IMG/VR virus record: IMGVR_UViG_3300044274_000057
Location: 1-27,827 of that record
Length of the DNA stretch: 27,827 bases
Source of the DNA: a virus
Lineage: Duplodnaviria; Caudoviricetes
Direction: 5' to 3' (one strand)
Positions 1 through 8,326 of the stretch are shown here, one piece after another; the first letter of the stretch is position 1, and each line of letters starts with the position of its first letter. Below the pieces are notes generated by a model, which did no database searches, was not told the origin of the DNA, and saw nothing but the letters and a program-made list of their open reading frames with translations. A program made the position numbers and the translations under genes.

Positions 1-117
1 GCGGTTCACTGTCCGCCCCTACCTCTTAGTTCCCCTGTTTACTGATCTCTGAAGTGGCCCGTGGCGCTGCGGCTCACCAGATGGAGGGGAAGCGTTCCCG
101 CTAAAGCGCGATGAACC

Positions 118-148
118 AAAAAAAAGGGGCTGCCTTTTGGCAGCCCCT
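118..148 (-). terminator. Rho-independent terminator of the host tRNA-Lys locus
   Basis: 10-bp perfect stem AGGGGCTGCC/GGCAGCCCCT (125-134/139-148), 4-nt loop, U-tract on the minus strand (A run 118-125), just downstream of the tRNA CCA end. Confidence 0.9.
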
Positions 149-159
149 CTTCGGAATAG

Positions 160-211
160 TGGTGGGTCGTGCTGGATTCGAACCAGCGACCAATTGGTTA
201 AAAGCCAACTG
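160..211 (-). repeat. att core: duplicated 3' part of tRNA-Lys(UUU) from the anticodon arm to CCA; not an intact tRNA
   Basis: Minus strand reads CAGTTGGCTTTTAACCAATTGGTCGCTGGTTCGAATCCAGCACGACCCACCA (TTT anticodon, GGTTCGAATCC T-arm, CCA). The D-arm and 5' acceptor strand are absent and similarity stops at 211. Confidence 0.93.
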
Positions 212-223
212 GACAGGCTTTAT

Positions 224-295
224 AAATCAGTGGGTTACGACAGGCTCAGGATCAAAAGTGCCCCTTTTTCACCCCTGGAATATCAGTGGTTTACG
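224..295 (+). promoter_or_regulatory. Putative integrase arm-type binding sites (imperfect direct repeat)
   Basis: AAATCAGTGGGTTACG (224-239) and ATATCAGTGGTTTACG (280-295), 14/16 identical, on the phage side of the att core. Confidence 0.6.
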
Positions 296-301
296 GGTTT
301 T

Positions 302-347
302 TTGATCCCGGCCTTCGGTAGAAGATATACTGTCCATATGTCCAGCA
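302..347 (+). promoter_or_regulatory. Sigma70-like promoter overlapped by a LexA (SOS) box
   Basis: TTGATC (302-307), 18 bp, TATACT (326-331). TACTGTCCATATGTCCAGCA (328-347) fits CTG-N10-CAG with a TACTGT left arm. Confidence 0.75.
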
Positions 348-646
348 TCTCCCTCACCATCAATCAGCAGTGGGCCGGCTGCCTCGTGGTCCACCCGTGG
401 AGCCGTGCCCAGATCGGCGTGCGGCGCAAAGGCGGCGGTCTGCGGTATGTGCCGTTCGGCGGTCTGCTGCACAAATCCTGGCTCCCCCTGTGGGTCACGC
501 CCGTGGCCCTGGCCGTCACCGATTGGAACTATGCCGACGCCCATCAATCCGACCAGCGGCACATCATGTCCGGCTTCGTGGTGGGTGCACTGATTGAGCA
601 GCGGGCGTTTGTTGTGCTGTACGATGGACGACCCAAGGAAGTGTAG
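338..646 (+). CDS. Putative SOS-regulated small protein (102 aa), possibly a divergent SRAP-like fold
   Basis: ATG at 338 is in frame with track ORF 137..646, whose upstream part runs through att/tRNA and is unlikely to be coding. Starts inside the LexA box. Confidence 0.6.
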   Translation: MSSISLTINQQWAGCLVVHPWSRAQIGVRRKGGGLRYVPFGGLLHKSWLPLWVTPVALAVTDWNYADAHQSDQRHIMSGFVVGALIEQRAFVVLYDGRPKEV

Positions 647-729
647 GCTCAGGCTGACACGTTCCGCCCACGATCTCCTACAGACACAGGACTGCGCCCT
701 GCTCTACGTTGGGAGAAAAGGAGGTGCGC

Positions 730-957
730 ATGGACGCGAACAGGACGTGGACAGTGATCGTGGAAACGCCGTCAGGTATGGAACAGGTGGTGGTGGTGCG
801 GTATCCGCTCAGGCCAACGGAGGATTTAGCCGCCGGCCTGGTCCGGCATAAACTGGGAATGGAGCAGATGCCGGAGCAGTACCGGTACTGCGAGAACGCC
901 AGCCTGCGGGCACTGGAATCGGCGGGCTATCGGCTGCTGGGTGTGCGCGAGGCGTAG
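730..957 (+). CDS. Hypothetical protein (75 aa)
   Basis: Strong SD AAGGAGGT just upstream of ATG 730; converges on the tail operon with a 5-bp gap. Confidence 0.75.
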   Translation: MDANRTWTVIVETPSGMEQVVVVRYPLRPTEDLAAGLVRHKLGMEQMPEQYRYCENASLRALESAGYRLLGVREA

Positions 958-962
958 AGTGA

Positions 963-1313
963 TCATGCGCACCCCGCGTATTTGACGTGTGGCGTCTCCG
1001 GCTCAGGGTCGATCAGCACGTCCACCAGCGCGGTGCGGTACGCCGCTTCGTGGTCCGGGTGCACCAGGATGTTGACGTGGTAGCCCGGCACTGGCGCCAT
1101 TTCCGGGTATTCGCTGCCTTCGCCGTCGGTCAGCGTCTCGCCGGTCGGTTCCATCAGGTCCGGGAGAAGCTTCAGACGGATGACGTGTGGATCAGCGCCC
1201 ACCACTTCGTCGCCGGTCTCGGGGTCGATGTCGGCCAATCCGGCAGCCTTCAGGGTGTCGAGCATCGAGGTCTCATCAGGTGCGCAAAGGTAGAGTGGCT
1301 TCCAGGGCTTCAT
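963..1313 (-). CDS. Fibre/lectin-associated small acidic protein (116 aa; assembly partner or chaperone-like)
   Basis: ATGA overlap with the upstream gene at 1310-1313. The LYL...PVPGYHVNI...PETPHVKYA pattern recalls small genes that follow phage LamG-type fibre genes. Confidence 0.75.
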   Translation of the reverse strand: MKPWKPLYLCAPDETSMLDTLKAAGLADIDPETGDEVVGADPHVIRLKLLPDLMEPTGETLTDGEGSEYPEMAPVPGYHVNILVHPDHEAAYRTALVDVLIDPEPETPHVKYAGCA

Positions 1314-2215
1314 GGTGTAGTTAGCTCCTGCAGTTTGGTGGCGGTCTTGGCGTGTTTGAAAACGCGGAAATCGCCCACCCACAAATTATTAGGGAACGTG
1401 CCGTTTAAAAGCGCGCCGAAGCGAACATCCATGAGGCCCGCCTCAATATCGTTAATGTACGTTGCAGCGCTTCCATTTATTGACAACACCGACTCACCGT
1501 TTCGGACATAGGAAACGCCGAATATATAACGCTCACCGGGCGATGCCGGGATAGTCGCCTGCTGGATGCCTTGCGTGCCTCGAAGTTGGGCAATAGCCTC
1601 GCCACCGTCAAAATACAACAGCACACGGCGCGAAGAAGAATTGCCCAACACAAGAAAAGTAGCGATGCCGTCCACTCTTGTTGGCACACATTCTGCCACG
1701 ATTGTAAATTCTTCTTGGTTGAACCAGTCTTCTCCGTCGACACCAGAGATAGTGACAACGTCAGCGGCTCGGGTGACTGCGGTCCCGGAGGTTTCAATAG
1801 GTGACGTGGCAACGCTGCCCGCCTCAAGCTGGAACACATCCAGGGTTCCGGTCACGGTAACGGTCACGCTGGTGCCGGTCGTGGTGAACGTGAGCGGAGA
1901 GCCATCCATTGCTGTGCCAGAACCTCCGGCTGTAATCTCCGCCGACCCGGAGCCGTAGACGCTCAGGGTGTAAGTCGTGGCATCACTGACACTCACCGTC
2001 TGGGTGGCCGGGGCAAAGCTATTAAGGAGAACATTGGTCGCGTCGACAGCTTCGATAATCTGCCCGAGAGGCTCGCCGGTGAAGCGGTCGTAGCCGAAAG
2101 CAGGCTGCCCAGCAGGCGCCTCGACAAGCTGTCCCTGGGCGTTCCAAACCCACTTCGGAGACGGCGCGGAGAGGGTGAACATGCCGTCATAGGGGACCGT
2201 TTTCATGTTGCGCAT
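1310..2215 (-). CDS. Stand-alone ConA/LamG-like lectin (spike/fibre head) receptor-binding module
   Basis: Motifs FTLSAPS..WNAQGQL..P.FGYD..TGEPLG.IIE...TN.LLNS and QLEAGSVATSPI.T.G.AVTRAAD typical of phage spike/LamG proteins. SD GGAGGT 6 nt before ATG 2215; TGATG coupling. Confidence 0.8.
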   Translation of the reverse strand: MRNMKTVPYDGMFTLSAPSPKWVWNAQGQLVEAPAGQPAFGYDRFTGEPLGQIIEAVDATNVLLNSFAPATQTVSVSDATTYTLSVYGSGSAEITAGGSGTAMDGSPLTFTTTGTSVTVTVTGTLDVFQLEAGSVATSPIETSGTAVTRAADVVTISGVDGEDWFNQEEFTIVAECVPTRVDGIATFLVLGNSSSRRVLLYFDGGEAIAQLRGTQGIQQATIPASPGERYIFGVSYVRNGESVLSINGSAATYINDIEAGLMDVRFGALLNGTFPNNLWVGDFRVFKHAKTATKLQELTTP

Positions 2216-2847
2216 CACGCCACCTCCAGAACGAACGATTGGGCTTTAAAGTCGGCGTAGAGGCTGGTCTCGCCGAACTCAGGGTGCAGGCTGCCGATCA
2301 GAGCGAGAATGCGGCTTTCCTGGCTGTTGAGGGCGTCCACCGCGTCGGCCAGGGTCTGGCTGTTCGGGTAGTCGCCCTGAGCCACGGCGGTGTCGTTATC
2401 GTTCTGGTACAGCGTCAGGCCGCCCGCGTCCGGCACCCAGAAGAACTCGGTGTCACTGGTCCCGGCGATGCCTGCCGTGGTGTCGGCGAACGTAGGTGCG
2501 CCGTTGGCCGCGACGCCGGTTATCAGGTTGAACCGGCTCTGAATCTTCCGCATCGCCCGGGTGAAGATCGTGGCAGTCTCGATGTCGCCCTGGGCCATCT
2601 CGGGGATGCCGTCAACGGTGAAATCGCGCTGGATGGCGTAGGCGCCCGACCGATCCGCGCCCTGGTACGGGACGGTGAGGGTGATCTGGGTGTCGCTGTC
2701 CACGCTGGCGATGTCGTAAACGACGCCCGTGCCGGCCATGACGAAGCTGTCCCCGGCGCTGACGTTGGCCAGCCAGGCTGTGCCGACGCCGGACACAACG
2801 GCGCTATCCTGCACCACCGAGGCGGTGCCGGTTTTGTACTGTGACAT
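2215..2847 (-). CDS. Short tail fibre / RBP adaptor (210 aa)
   Basis: N-terminal YKTGTASV...V.GVGTAW anchor typical of siphophage fibres, internal DTTAGIAGT...FFWVP...LYQN module, position after the tail-tip gene. Confidence 0.8.
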   Translation of the reverse strand: MSQYKTGTASVVQDSAVVSGVGTAWLANVSAGDSFVMAGTGVVYDIASVDSDTQITLTVPYQGADRSGAYAIQRDFTVDGIPEMAQGDIETATIFTRAMRKIQSRFNLITGVAANGAPTFADTTAGIAGTSDTEFFWVPDAGGLTLYQNDNDTAVAQGDYPNSQTLADAVDALNSQESRILALIGSLHPEFGETSLYADFKAQSFVLEVA

Positions 2848-2860
2848 GGGGTTCTCCGGG

Positions 2861-5800
2861 TTAGTCGGAATTAAATACCGCTGGGTCTTTCTGGAGGTAT
2901 CTCGCCTCGCCGATGTAAAGACGCTGGAGCTGGCTAGAGGTACCAGGGCAATAAAGCGAGGCAGAGGGAAACTGCTGGGATGTTGACGCAGTAGAGACGG
3001 GCAAGTTCGTGGTTATGGTCACCACCAGCACCCTGTCCACATAATATTCAATTCTATCGCTGTATTGGCGGCACCCAAGCCGAACCTCCAGGGATGGATC
3101 GGCAGCTAATTCTACAGCGGTATAGTCGGGCGACCCGGATGATGACCATGCATAGAGCTTGGCTCCCGTGGTGCCTGAATCCTCGAAGTACCTGAAACCA
3201 AACGAGTTTAATATGCCCCCATGGACGGACCCCTTGCCCACAAACCAATCCGCGTCGCCTGAATCCGAACCAATAAACCTGACCATCACCTCAAAGGACA
3301 CTCTCGCCTCAAAGGTTGACCACTCTTGAAACGAGAGACCAGATACATTCGGTGAAAGCCGGGCGATTTTGTCATTGACGCCGCTATCCACCGTCATCTT
3401 TATTGAGCCGGGCTTGGCAACGACGTCGCCGTCGGCGGGCGTGAGAAAAACGATTGACGTGCCGGCCTCAGTAATCTGGTTATATTCCTGCTCCAGATGC
3501 GAAACGATGTACCGGCTATAATCCAAGGAGTTGAAGTTGGCGAAACCCCTGAAATCGGTTTCCTCGCCGATCACAAGGTCGCCGGACACTTTCTGGATAT
3601 ACTTTTCTCCGCCGTCCCCGAAATAGAAGTCGCCGTTATCGTCGATGTAGGCGGTCCAGCTCGCACCGTCGTAATACCCCAGGTGGGTGGCGGTCAGGTT
3701 CAGGCCGGTGGAGGGCGTGTCACCCAGCCGGGACGGGATGCCGGACAGGTTGCTGTACCAGTCGGCGCCCAGGCTGCCCGAATCCTCCCAGGTCGACCCG
3801 TTCCACCGCTTCAGCAGCTTGGTGCTGTCGTTGTACCAGAGGTCACCCACCGACTCGGCCGTCGGGGTGCTGGTGGTGAAGAACGTGGTGACCTTGCCGT
3901 CGGCGGTGGCTTGGGCGTCGGCAGCCTCGGACAGCGCGGTGCCAATGCCGCTGTCCTGCGCGTCCTGCCATGCCGTGCCGTCGTATCGGTAAGCGCGGTT
4001 ACCGTCGTCCGTATCGAACCACAGGTCGCCCTCGCTCATGCCGCTGGCCGGCTCCGCATCCTGGTAGAACGACTGGATTTTGCCATCGGCTGCCGTCTGG
4101 GCCGCTGCCGCGTCGGAAAGGGCCTGCTGAGCGTCCGCATACGCATCGCTGAGCGTGTCCGCCTCGCCGCTGTTGATGTCCGCCAGGGAGCCGGGCTTGT
4201 CGCTCAGGTTGCTGTAGCCGCTGCCCCCGGTGATCACCACGGAGCCGGAGAACGCCGCCGAGCCGTCGCTGTAGACGGCAAACAGGGTGGTCCCGTCGTA
4301 CTGGTAGGTGATCATGCCGGTCTTGCCGTCGGCCGCTTTCGGCCCCAGCGTCGCCACCGCATCGCCCACGACGCTCTCCACCTGCCCTTCCACGCTGATC
4401 TTCTCGGTGGCGGCCAGGGTGCCGGTGACGATCTTGGAGGCGGTAAGCTTGACGATCTTGGTGCTGTCGATGGCGTCATCCGCCAGATTGGCGTCGATGA
4501 ACGCGCGGTCGGCGTCGGTGACCGTGGCCCAGGGGCTCAGGCCCTCCACCTCACCAGCGGACAGCGACGGCGTGGTGACCGTGAACTGGCTGCTGATCGT
4601 GCCCTGGCCGAAGGCGTCATAGGTGGCAAACCGCAGGTAGTAGGTGCTGTTGTCGGTGAGGCCGGAAAGCACCACCGGCCCGCCGTACTGCTGGGCCACC
4701 AGGTTCTCAGGGCCGGGGGTGAAGCCGGTGCTCTGGCTCATCCATACCCGGGAGTCGCGGTAATCCAGGTCTTCCGGCGGCTCGAAGTCGATCTGCGCGC
4801 TGCGGAAGCCGGCGGAGATAGTCAGGGCGCCCGGCAGGGGTGGAGCGACGTTCTCCACGCTGAGCCGCGCCGCCTGGGCGCTGATCTGGTTCTGCCGCCC
4901 TCGGCAGTAGACCCGAAATTCCATTTCCCGCCATGCCCCGGCACTACCGGTCTCTCGGGCAAAGTCCTCGGCGTTCTTTTCGTAGGTATAGATGAATTCC
5001 GGGTCAACCACCCATTCGGTGCGCACCAACTGCAAAAGCCCAGCCACATCGGCCCAAACTTCGACTTGGTAATCCTTGAAATAGAGATCCAAGGCGCCCT
5101 TGCCGGCGCCCTGCCGCCCCTCGGCGCCCATCTCGACCCACTCGGTGACCGAGTTCTTGCGCCATACCACCTTGACGTCTTTGCCGCCAAATACCGTGTC
5201 GTTCCCTTGCTGGAACAGCTCCATCCCGGTAACTGGCGGCGCTGGGACCACCTGGTCAGCTTCGTCCTCCGGCCCCTTATCATCAGGTTGGCCGTCACCC
5301 GGAGCACTGACCTTGGTCGTTGTGATCTCCGCCACGGTGCCGTCCTGGTTCACCTTGCCGCGCAGGGAGACGCCCCGGACTTGGACCTCGTAGGTTTTGC
5401 CGTCGCTGGGCACCACAAACGTGGCCTCCGGCGATGCCGGGCCGACCTCAAACCAGCCCGCCTGCCCCTTCTCGCGGTACTCCACCAGGCCGTAGGCGTA
5501 GTTGCTCACGCTCGGCGGCTGGACGCCCACCTCAATGGTGGAAAGGTTCGCGTTGGCCGACCGGGGGGTGTTGGTGGCCTCGGCCAGGGTCACAACCGGC
5601 GGATTGAGGGTCACCACCGGCTCATCCTCCACCGGCTCGATGTAGCCGGTCAGGATTTGCACGGTAAACGCGGTTTCCCAGACCATGGCGCCCGGCGCCG
5701 GCGAGGTGGTGGCCGTGCCCTGCTGCGGCGCGGGGCCTTTGTCGCTGGAGACCGTGACAGTACCGTCGTTGGTCACCTTGTAGGGCCTGAGGCGCCGGCC

Positions 5801-8326
5801 GGCCCACACCAGGTCCCCGCCATTGGCGATTGCGGTGCGCTCGTTGATGCTGGGGGCGTTGGCCAGCCCGTCGATCAGGATGTAACAGGCACCCGGGCCG
5901 CCCGGACCGCCAGAGCCGGCCCAGATGTGCAGCTGGGGGTCCGCCGAAGGGCTGTAGTCGGGACCCGGGGGCGTGCTGCCGGCCGCCCCGCTGACATCGA
6001 TGTACCCGTTCACGCCGATGGTCATGCCGCGCGCCACGATCATCAGGCCCGCACCACCGGCCCCGCCATCCCCACCAGGGCGTTCGTACTCGATGAATCC
6101 GTCGTAGTTGGAGATCACCGAGCCGCCGCCGCTGCCGCTGGAGCCGCGCAGGTCCACCGGGTACAGGGTGATCCCGCTTTCGTCCTGCTCGTACACCGGG
6201 GGCGGGGTCTGACCCGGCTGGATCCGGCCGCCAATGATGGCTCCGGCCGGCCGCATGGTGGCCAGGCCGTCCACGTCCAGCAGGTACGGGTCGAGCGTGC
6301 CCCGGTTCTGGTAGCCCCGACCGCCCTGCGGCGTCGACTGGATGTCGATAAAGCCCGGGGTGCCCTTGTTCACCGCGTCCCAACGGCTGCCGTAGTTGAA
6401 GAAATAGCCGCCGCTGGAGACCATGCTGGTGGTCCCGGCGCCGCCCGGGTAGCCGCGGCCTTTGCCGTTGATCTTGGCGTTGTTCAGCGAGAAGAAGCCA
6501 CGCACCAGCAGGGCCACGTTGTCGGAGATGCGGATCTCGGCCGCGTCGTCGCAGGTGAGGTCCGTGGGGCACCAGAAGAACGACGCCTCATCGCCCAGCC
6601 CATCCCCACCGGCCAGGTCCAGCAGCCCCTCCACCCGGGTGACGCCGCCGGAGACGGTCACCACGCCCGGGAAGTTGGTTGGGCTGATCTCGGTGCCCCG
6701 CTCATACCATTCGTCCGGGATGGCCGTGCCGGTCTCCTGCGGCGGCAGCGCGCCAGCCTTCTGGCTGGACCCGAACAGCTTCACCTTGACCTTGCCCGTC
6801 CGCCAGTCGGTGCTGATCTGCTGGATCTCGAAGTTCCGATTGAGGTGGCCGTCTACGGTCGTGCCGGTGTAATCCTGCACCTCGAACAGGTCGACCCGCA
6901 CGATGTCGCCCACCTCGAGGTCGTTCTGGTCCGGGGTCAGGGTCAGGTCCAGGCGCAGCGGCGGGCCCGCGTATCGGTCCCGAAGGCTGGCGATAAGCCG
7001 CTGGATCGTCTGCGAGCTGTGGCGGCTGCTGTACAGGCCCCGGAATTCGAGGTCCTTCTGCTCGGCCTTGCCGTGGGTCTGGATCGACTCCAGGTCCGGC
7101 AGGTAGTTCAGGCGGGTGAACTCTTCCTGGAAGATGTCCCAGTTCCAGGACACGAAGATCTCATTGATCACCGCGCCCATGTCGTGGGTCAGATCGCCGT
7201 AATCCGCCACGGTGTCGGCGTCCAGGCGACGGACATAGCCACCGGTGGAGTGCACGGCCGTCATGCGCTGCAGGCCCAGCTGCCCGTCCGAGTAGATGGG
7301 GGCATAGCAGCCCATCAGCAGAAGAATCTCCTCCTCGAGAAACTTCTTACCGTCCTCCTCCTCAAGCCCGGCCAGGCGAATGATGAAGCCCTGGTTGTCA
7401 TCATCCGGCACCCAGAGGTCTTCCCCGATGGCCTCGAAGTCGCTGGTGCGGATGAACTCGGCCGGAACGCCCAGGTGCCAGTGATCCGGCAGGTATTCGC
7501 CCGGGTAGCCGTAAATGGCACCGGTGAGCACCGCGTAGGCCAGCATCGGCCCCGGCATCTCCAGATACACGAACTCTGTAACCTTGGGGCTGGATTCGCT
7601 GTCGTCGGTGTTGCTGAGCTCGATGCGCAGCGGGGTGGTGCCGAACAGACCCCGAGTCACGCCGGTGAATTTGTTGGCCTCCTTGCCGGTGTAGGAGGCA
7701 ATCTCGAAATCGTCGTCATCGCCTTCCAGGCGAAGCAGGCCGATCTTCTGCCCGGCGGCCACGGCCCCGGCCACGTTCGGGTGCTGGTACGCCTCAAACC
7801 CGTTGGTGGTCAGGACCTCGATTTCGTCGGCGCCAGCCTCCAGGGTGCGGTTCAGGCGCGTCTCTTGCGGCGTGAAGATGTCCTCGCGGAGCATCCGCTG
7901 AACGTCGGCGCACTTGAAGCTGTAGGACAGATCCTTATAGCCGGCCTCATCCACGATCTGGGTGGTGGCGAGGATGTAGCTGGACCACGGCAGGGTCTCA
8001 TCGCCGACATAGAACCGCACGGTCTTGCCCCGCAGGCCTTTGCCCTGGCTCAGCCGGTCCGCCTGCAGCGCGGTCAGGCCGTCGTCCAGCACCTCAAAAT
8101 TCAGGCTGCCGATCTCGGAGTTGGCCTTGTCCGGGTTCAGCTTCTGGGAGGTGCCTGAGATGCTCTCCAGAACGCCCTCGATGACGTTCTCGCCGGTCAG
8201 GCCGGTGATGGCGTGAGAGGTCAGGTAGAACAGGTCATCGTCGCCGAAGTCGATGGACACGACGAACTGGGGCGCCTGCCACTGGCTGTCGTTGACTTCG
8301 GCGAAGGCGCTGTTATCGATTCTCAT
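2861..8326 (-). CDS. Large tail-tip / central fibre protein (hub, Gly-rich insert, FN3-like domains, repeats, variable C-terminus), 1821 aa
   Basis: Long ORF with phage codon bias downstream of TMP. Hub-like DLEVGDIVRV motif, FN3-like YEVQVRGVS and GLTDNSTYYLRFATYDAFG, GDLW repeats; ATGA overlap with the upstream gene. Confidence 0.9.
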   Translation of the reverse strand: MRIDNSAFAEVNDSQWQAPQFVVSIDFGDDDLFYLTSHAITGLTGENVIEGVLESISGTSQKLNPDKANSEIGSLNFEVLDDGLTALQADRLSQGKGLRGKTVRFYVGDETLPWSSYILATTQIVDEAGYKDLSYSFKCADVQRMLREDIFTPQETRLNRTLEAGADEIEVLTTNGFEAYQHPNVAGAVAAGQKIGLLRLEGDDDDFEIASYTGKEANKFTGVTRGLFGTTPLRIELSNTDDSESSPKVTEFVYLEMPGPMLAYAVLTGAIYGYPGEYLPDHWHLGVPAEFIRTSDFEAIGEDLWVPDDDNQGFIIRLAGLEEEDGKKFLEEEILLLMGCYAPIYSDGQLGLQRMTAVHSTGGYVRRLDADTVADYGDLTHDMGAVINEIFVSWNWDIFQEEFTRLNYLPDLESIQTHGKAEQKDLEFRGLYSSRHSSQTIQRLIASLRDRYAGPPLRLDLTLTPDQNDLEVGDIVRVDLFEVQDYTGTTVDGHLNRNFEIQQISTDWRTGKVKVKLFGSSQKAGALPPQETGTAIPDEWYERGTEISPTNFPGVVTVSGGVTRVEGLLDLAGGDGLGDEASFFWCPTDLTCDDAAEIRISDNVALLVRGFFSLNNAKINGKGRGYPGGAGTTSMVSSGGYFFNYGSRWDAVNKGTPGFIDIQSTPQGGRGYQNRGTLDPYLLDVDGLATMRPAGAIIGGRIQPGQTPPPVYEQDESGITLYPVDLRGSSGSGGGSVISNYDGFIEYERPGGDGGAGGAGLMIVARGMTIGVNGYIDVSGAAGSTPPGPDYSPSADPQLHIWAGSGGPGGPGACYILIDGLANAPSINERTAIANGGDLVWAGRRLRPYKVTNDGTVTVSSDKGPAPQQGTATTSPAPGAMVWETAFTVQILTGYIEPVEDEPVVTLNPPVVTLAEATNTPRSANANLSTIEVGVQPPSVSNYAYGLVEYREKGQAGWFEVGPASPEATFVVPSDGKTYEVQVRGVSLRGKVNQDGTVAEITTTKVSAPGDGQPDDKGPEDEADQVVPAPPVTGMELFQQGNDTVFGGKDVKVVWRKNSVTEWVEMGAEGRQGAGKGALDLYFKDYQVEVWADVAGLLQLVRTEWVVDPEFIYTYEKNAEDFARETGSAGAWREMEFRVYCRGRQNQISAQAARLSVENVAPPLPGALTISAGFRSAQIDFEPPEDLDYRDSRVWMSQSTGFTPGPENLVAQQYGGPVVLSGLTDNSTYYLRFATYDAFGQGTISSQFTVTTPSLSAGEVEGLSPWATVTDADRAFIDANLADDAIDSTKIVKLTASKIVTGTLAATEKISVEGQVESVVGDAVATLGPKAADGKTGMITYQYDGTTLFAVYSDGSAAFSGSVVITGGSGYSNLSDKPGSLADINSGEADTLSDAYADAQQALSDAAAAQTAADGKIQSFYQDAEPASGMSEGDLWFDTDDGNRAYRYDGTAWQDAQDSGIGTALSEAADAQATADGKVTTFFTTSTPTAESVGDLWYNDSTKLLKRWNGSTWEDSGSLGADWYSNLSGIPSRLGDTPSTGLNLTATHLGYYDGASWTAYIDDNGDFYFGDGGEKYIQKVSGDLVIGEETDFRGFANFNSLDYSRYIVSHLEQEYNQITEAGTSIVFLTPADGDVVAKPGSIKMTVDSGVNDKIARLSPNVSGLSFQEWSTFEARVSFEVMVRFIGSDSGDADWFVGKGSVHGGILNSFGFRYFEDSGTTGAKLYAWSSSGSPDYTAVELAADPSLEVRLGCRQYSDRIEYYVDRVLVVTITTNLPVSTASTSQQFPSASLYCPGTSSQLQRLYIGEARYLQKDPAVFNSD
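3782..4111 (-). repeat. Tandem 62-aa-period protein repeat inside the tail-tip protein
   Basis: AQTAADGKIQSFYQ..P....GDLWF....RYDGTAWQD versus AQATADGKVTTFFT..P....GDLWY....RWNGSTWED; 186-bp period. Confidence 0.85.

Noticed and set aside
1-110. Possible host ncRNA or gene start
   Set aside because: Too short and truncated; no RNA family or ORF could be supported.
160-211. Functional tRNA-Lys gene
   Set aside because: Lacks the 5' acceptor strand and D-arm; interpreted as the att duplicate.
111-337. ORF 111..305 and the 5' extension of ORF 137..646
   Set aside because: They run through the terminator, the antisense tRNA fragment and the att arm sites.
730-744. Shared MDANR N-terminus with the gene starting at 24148
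   Set aside because: Only five residues, different codons and no further similarity; probably coincidence.
2240-2255. TTTAAA as a frameshift fusing fibre and lectin
   Set aside because: Not in X XXY YYZ phase; a -1 slip here meets TAA, and the downstream gene has its own SD.
3497-8158. 1553-aa plus-strand ORF
   Set aside because: Antisense shadow of the GC3-biased tail-tip gene; no recognisable motifs. The same applies to other long plus-strand ORFs such as 15502..16521, 18385..19776 and 19716..20789.
963-8326. Diversity-generating retroelement or invertible fibre cassette
   Set aside because: No reverse transcriptase, invertase, adenine-variant repeat pair or inverted crossover sites seen in this window.
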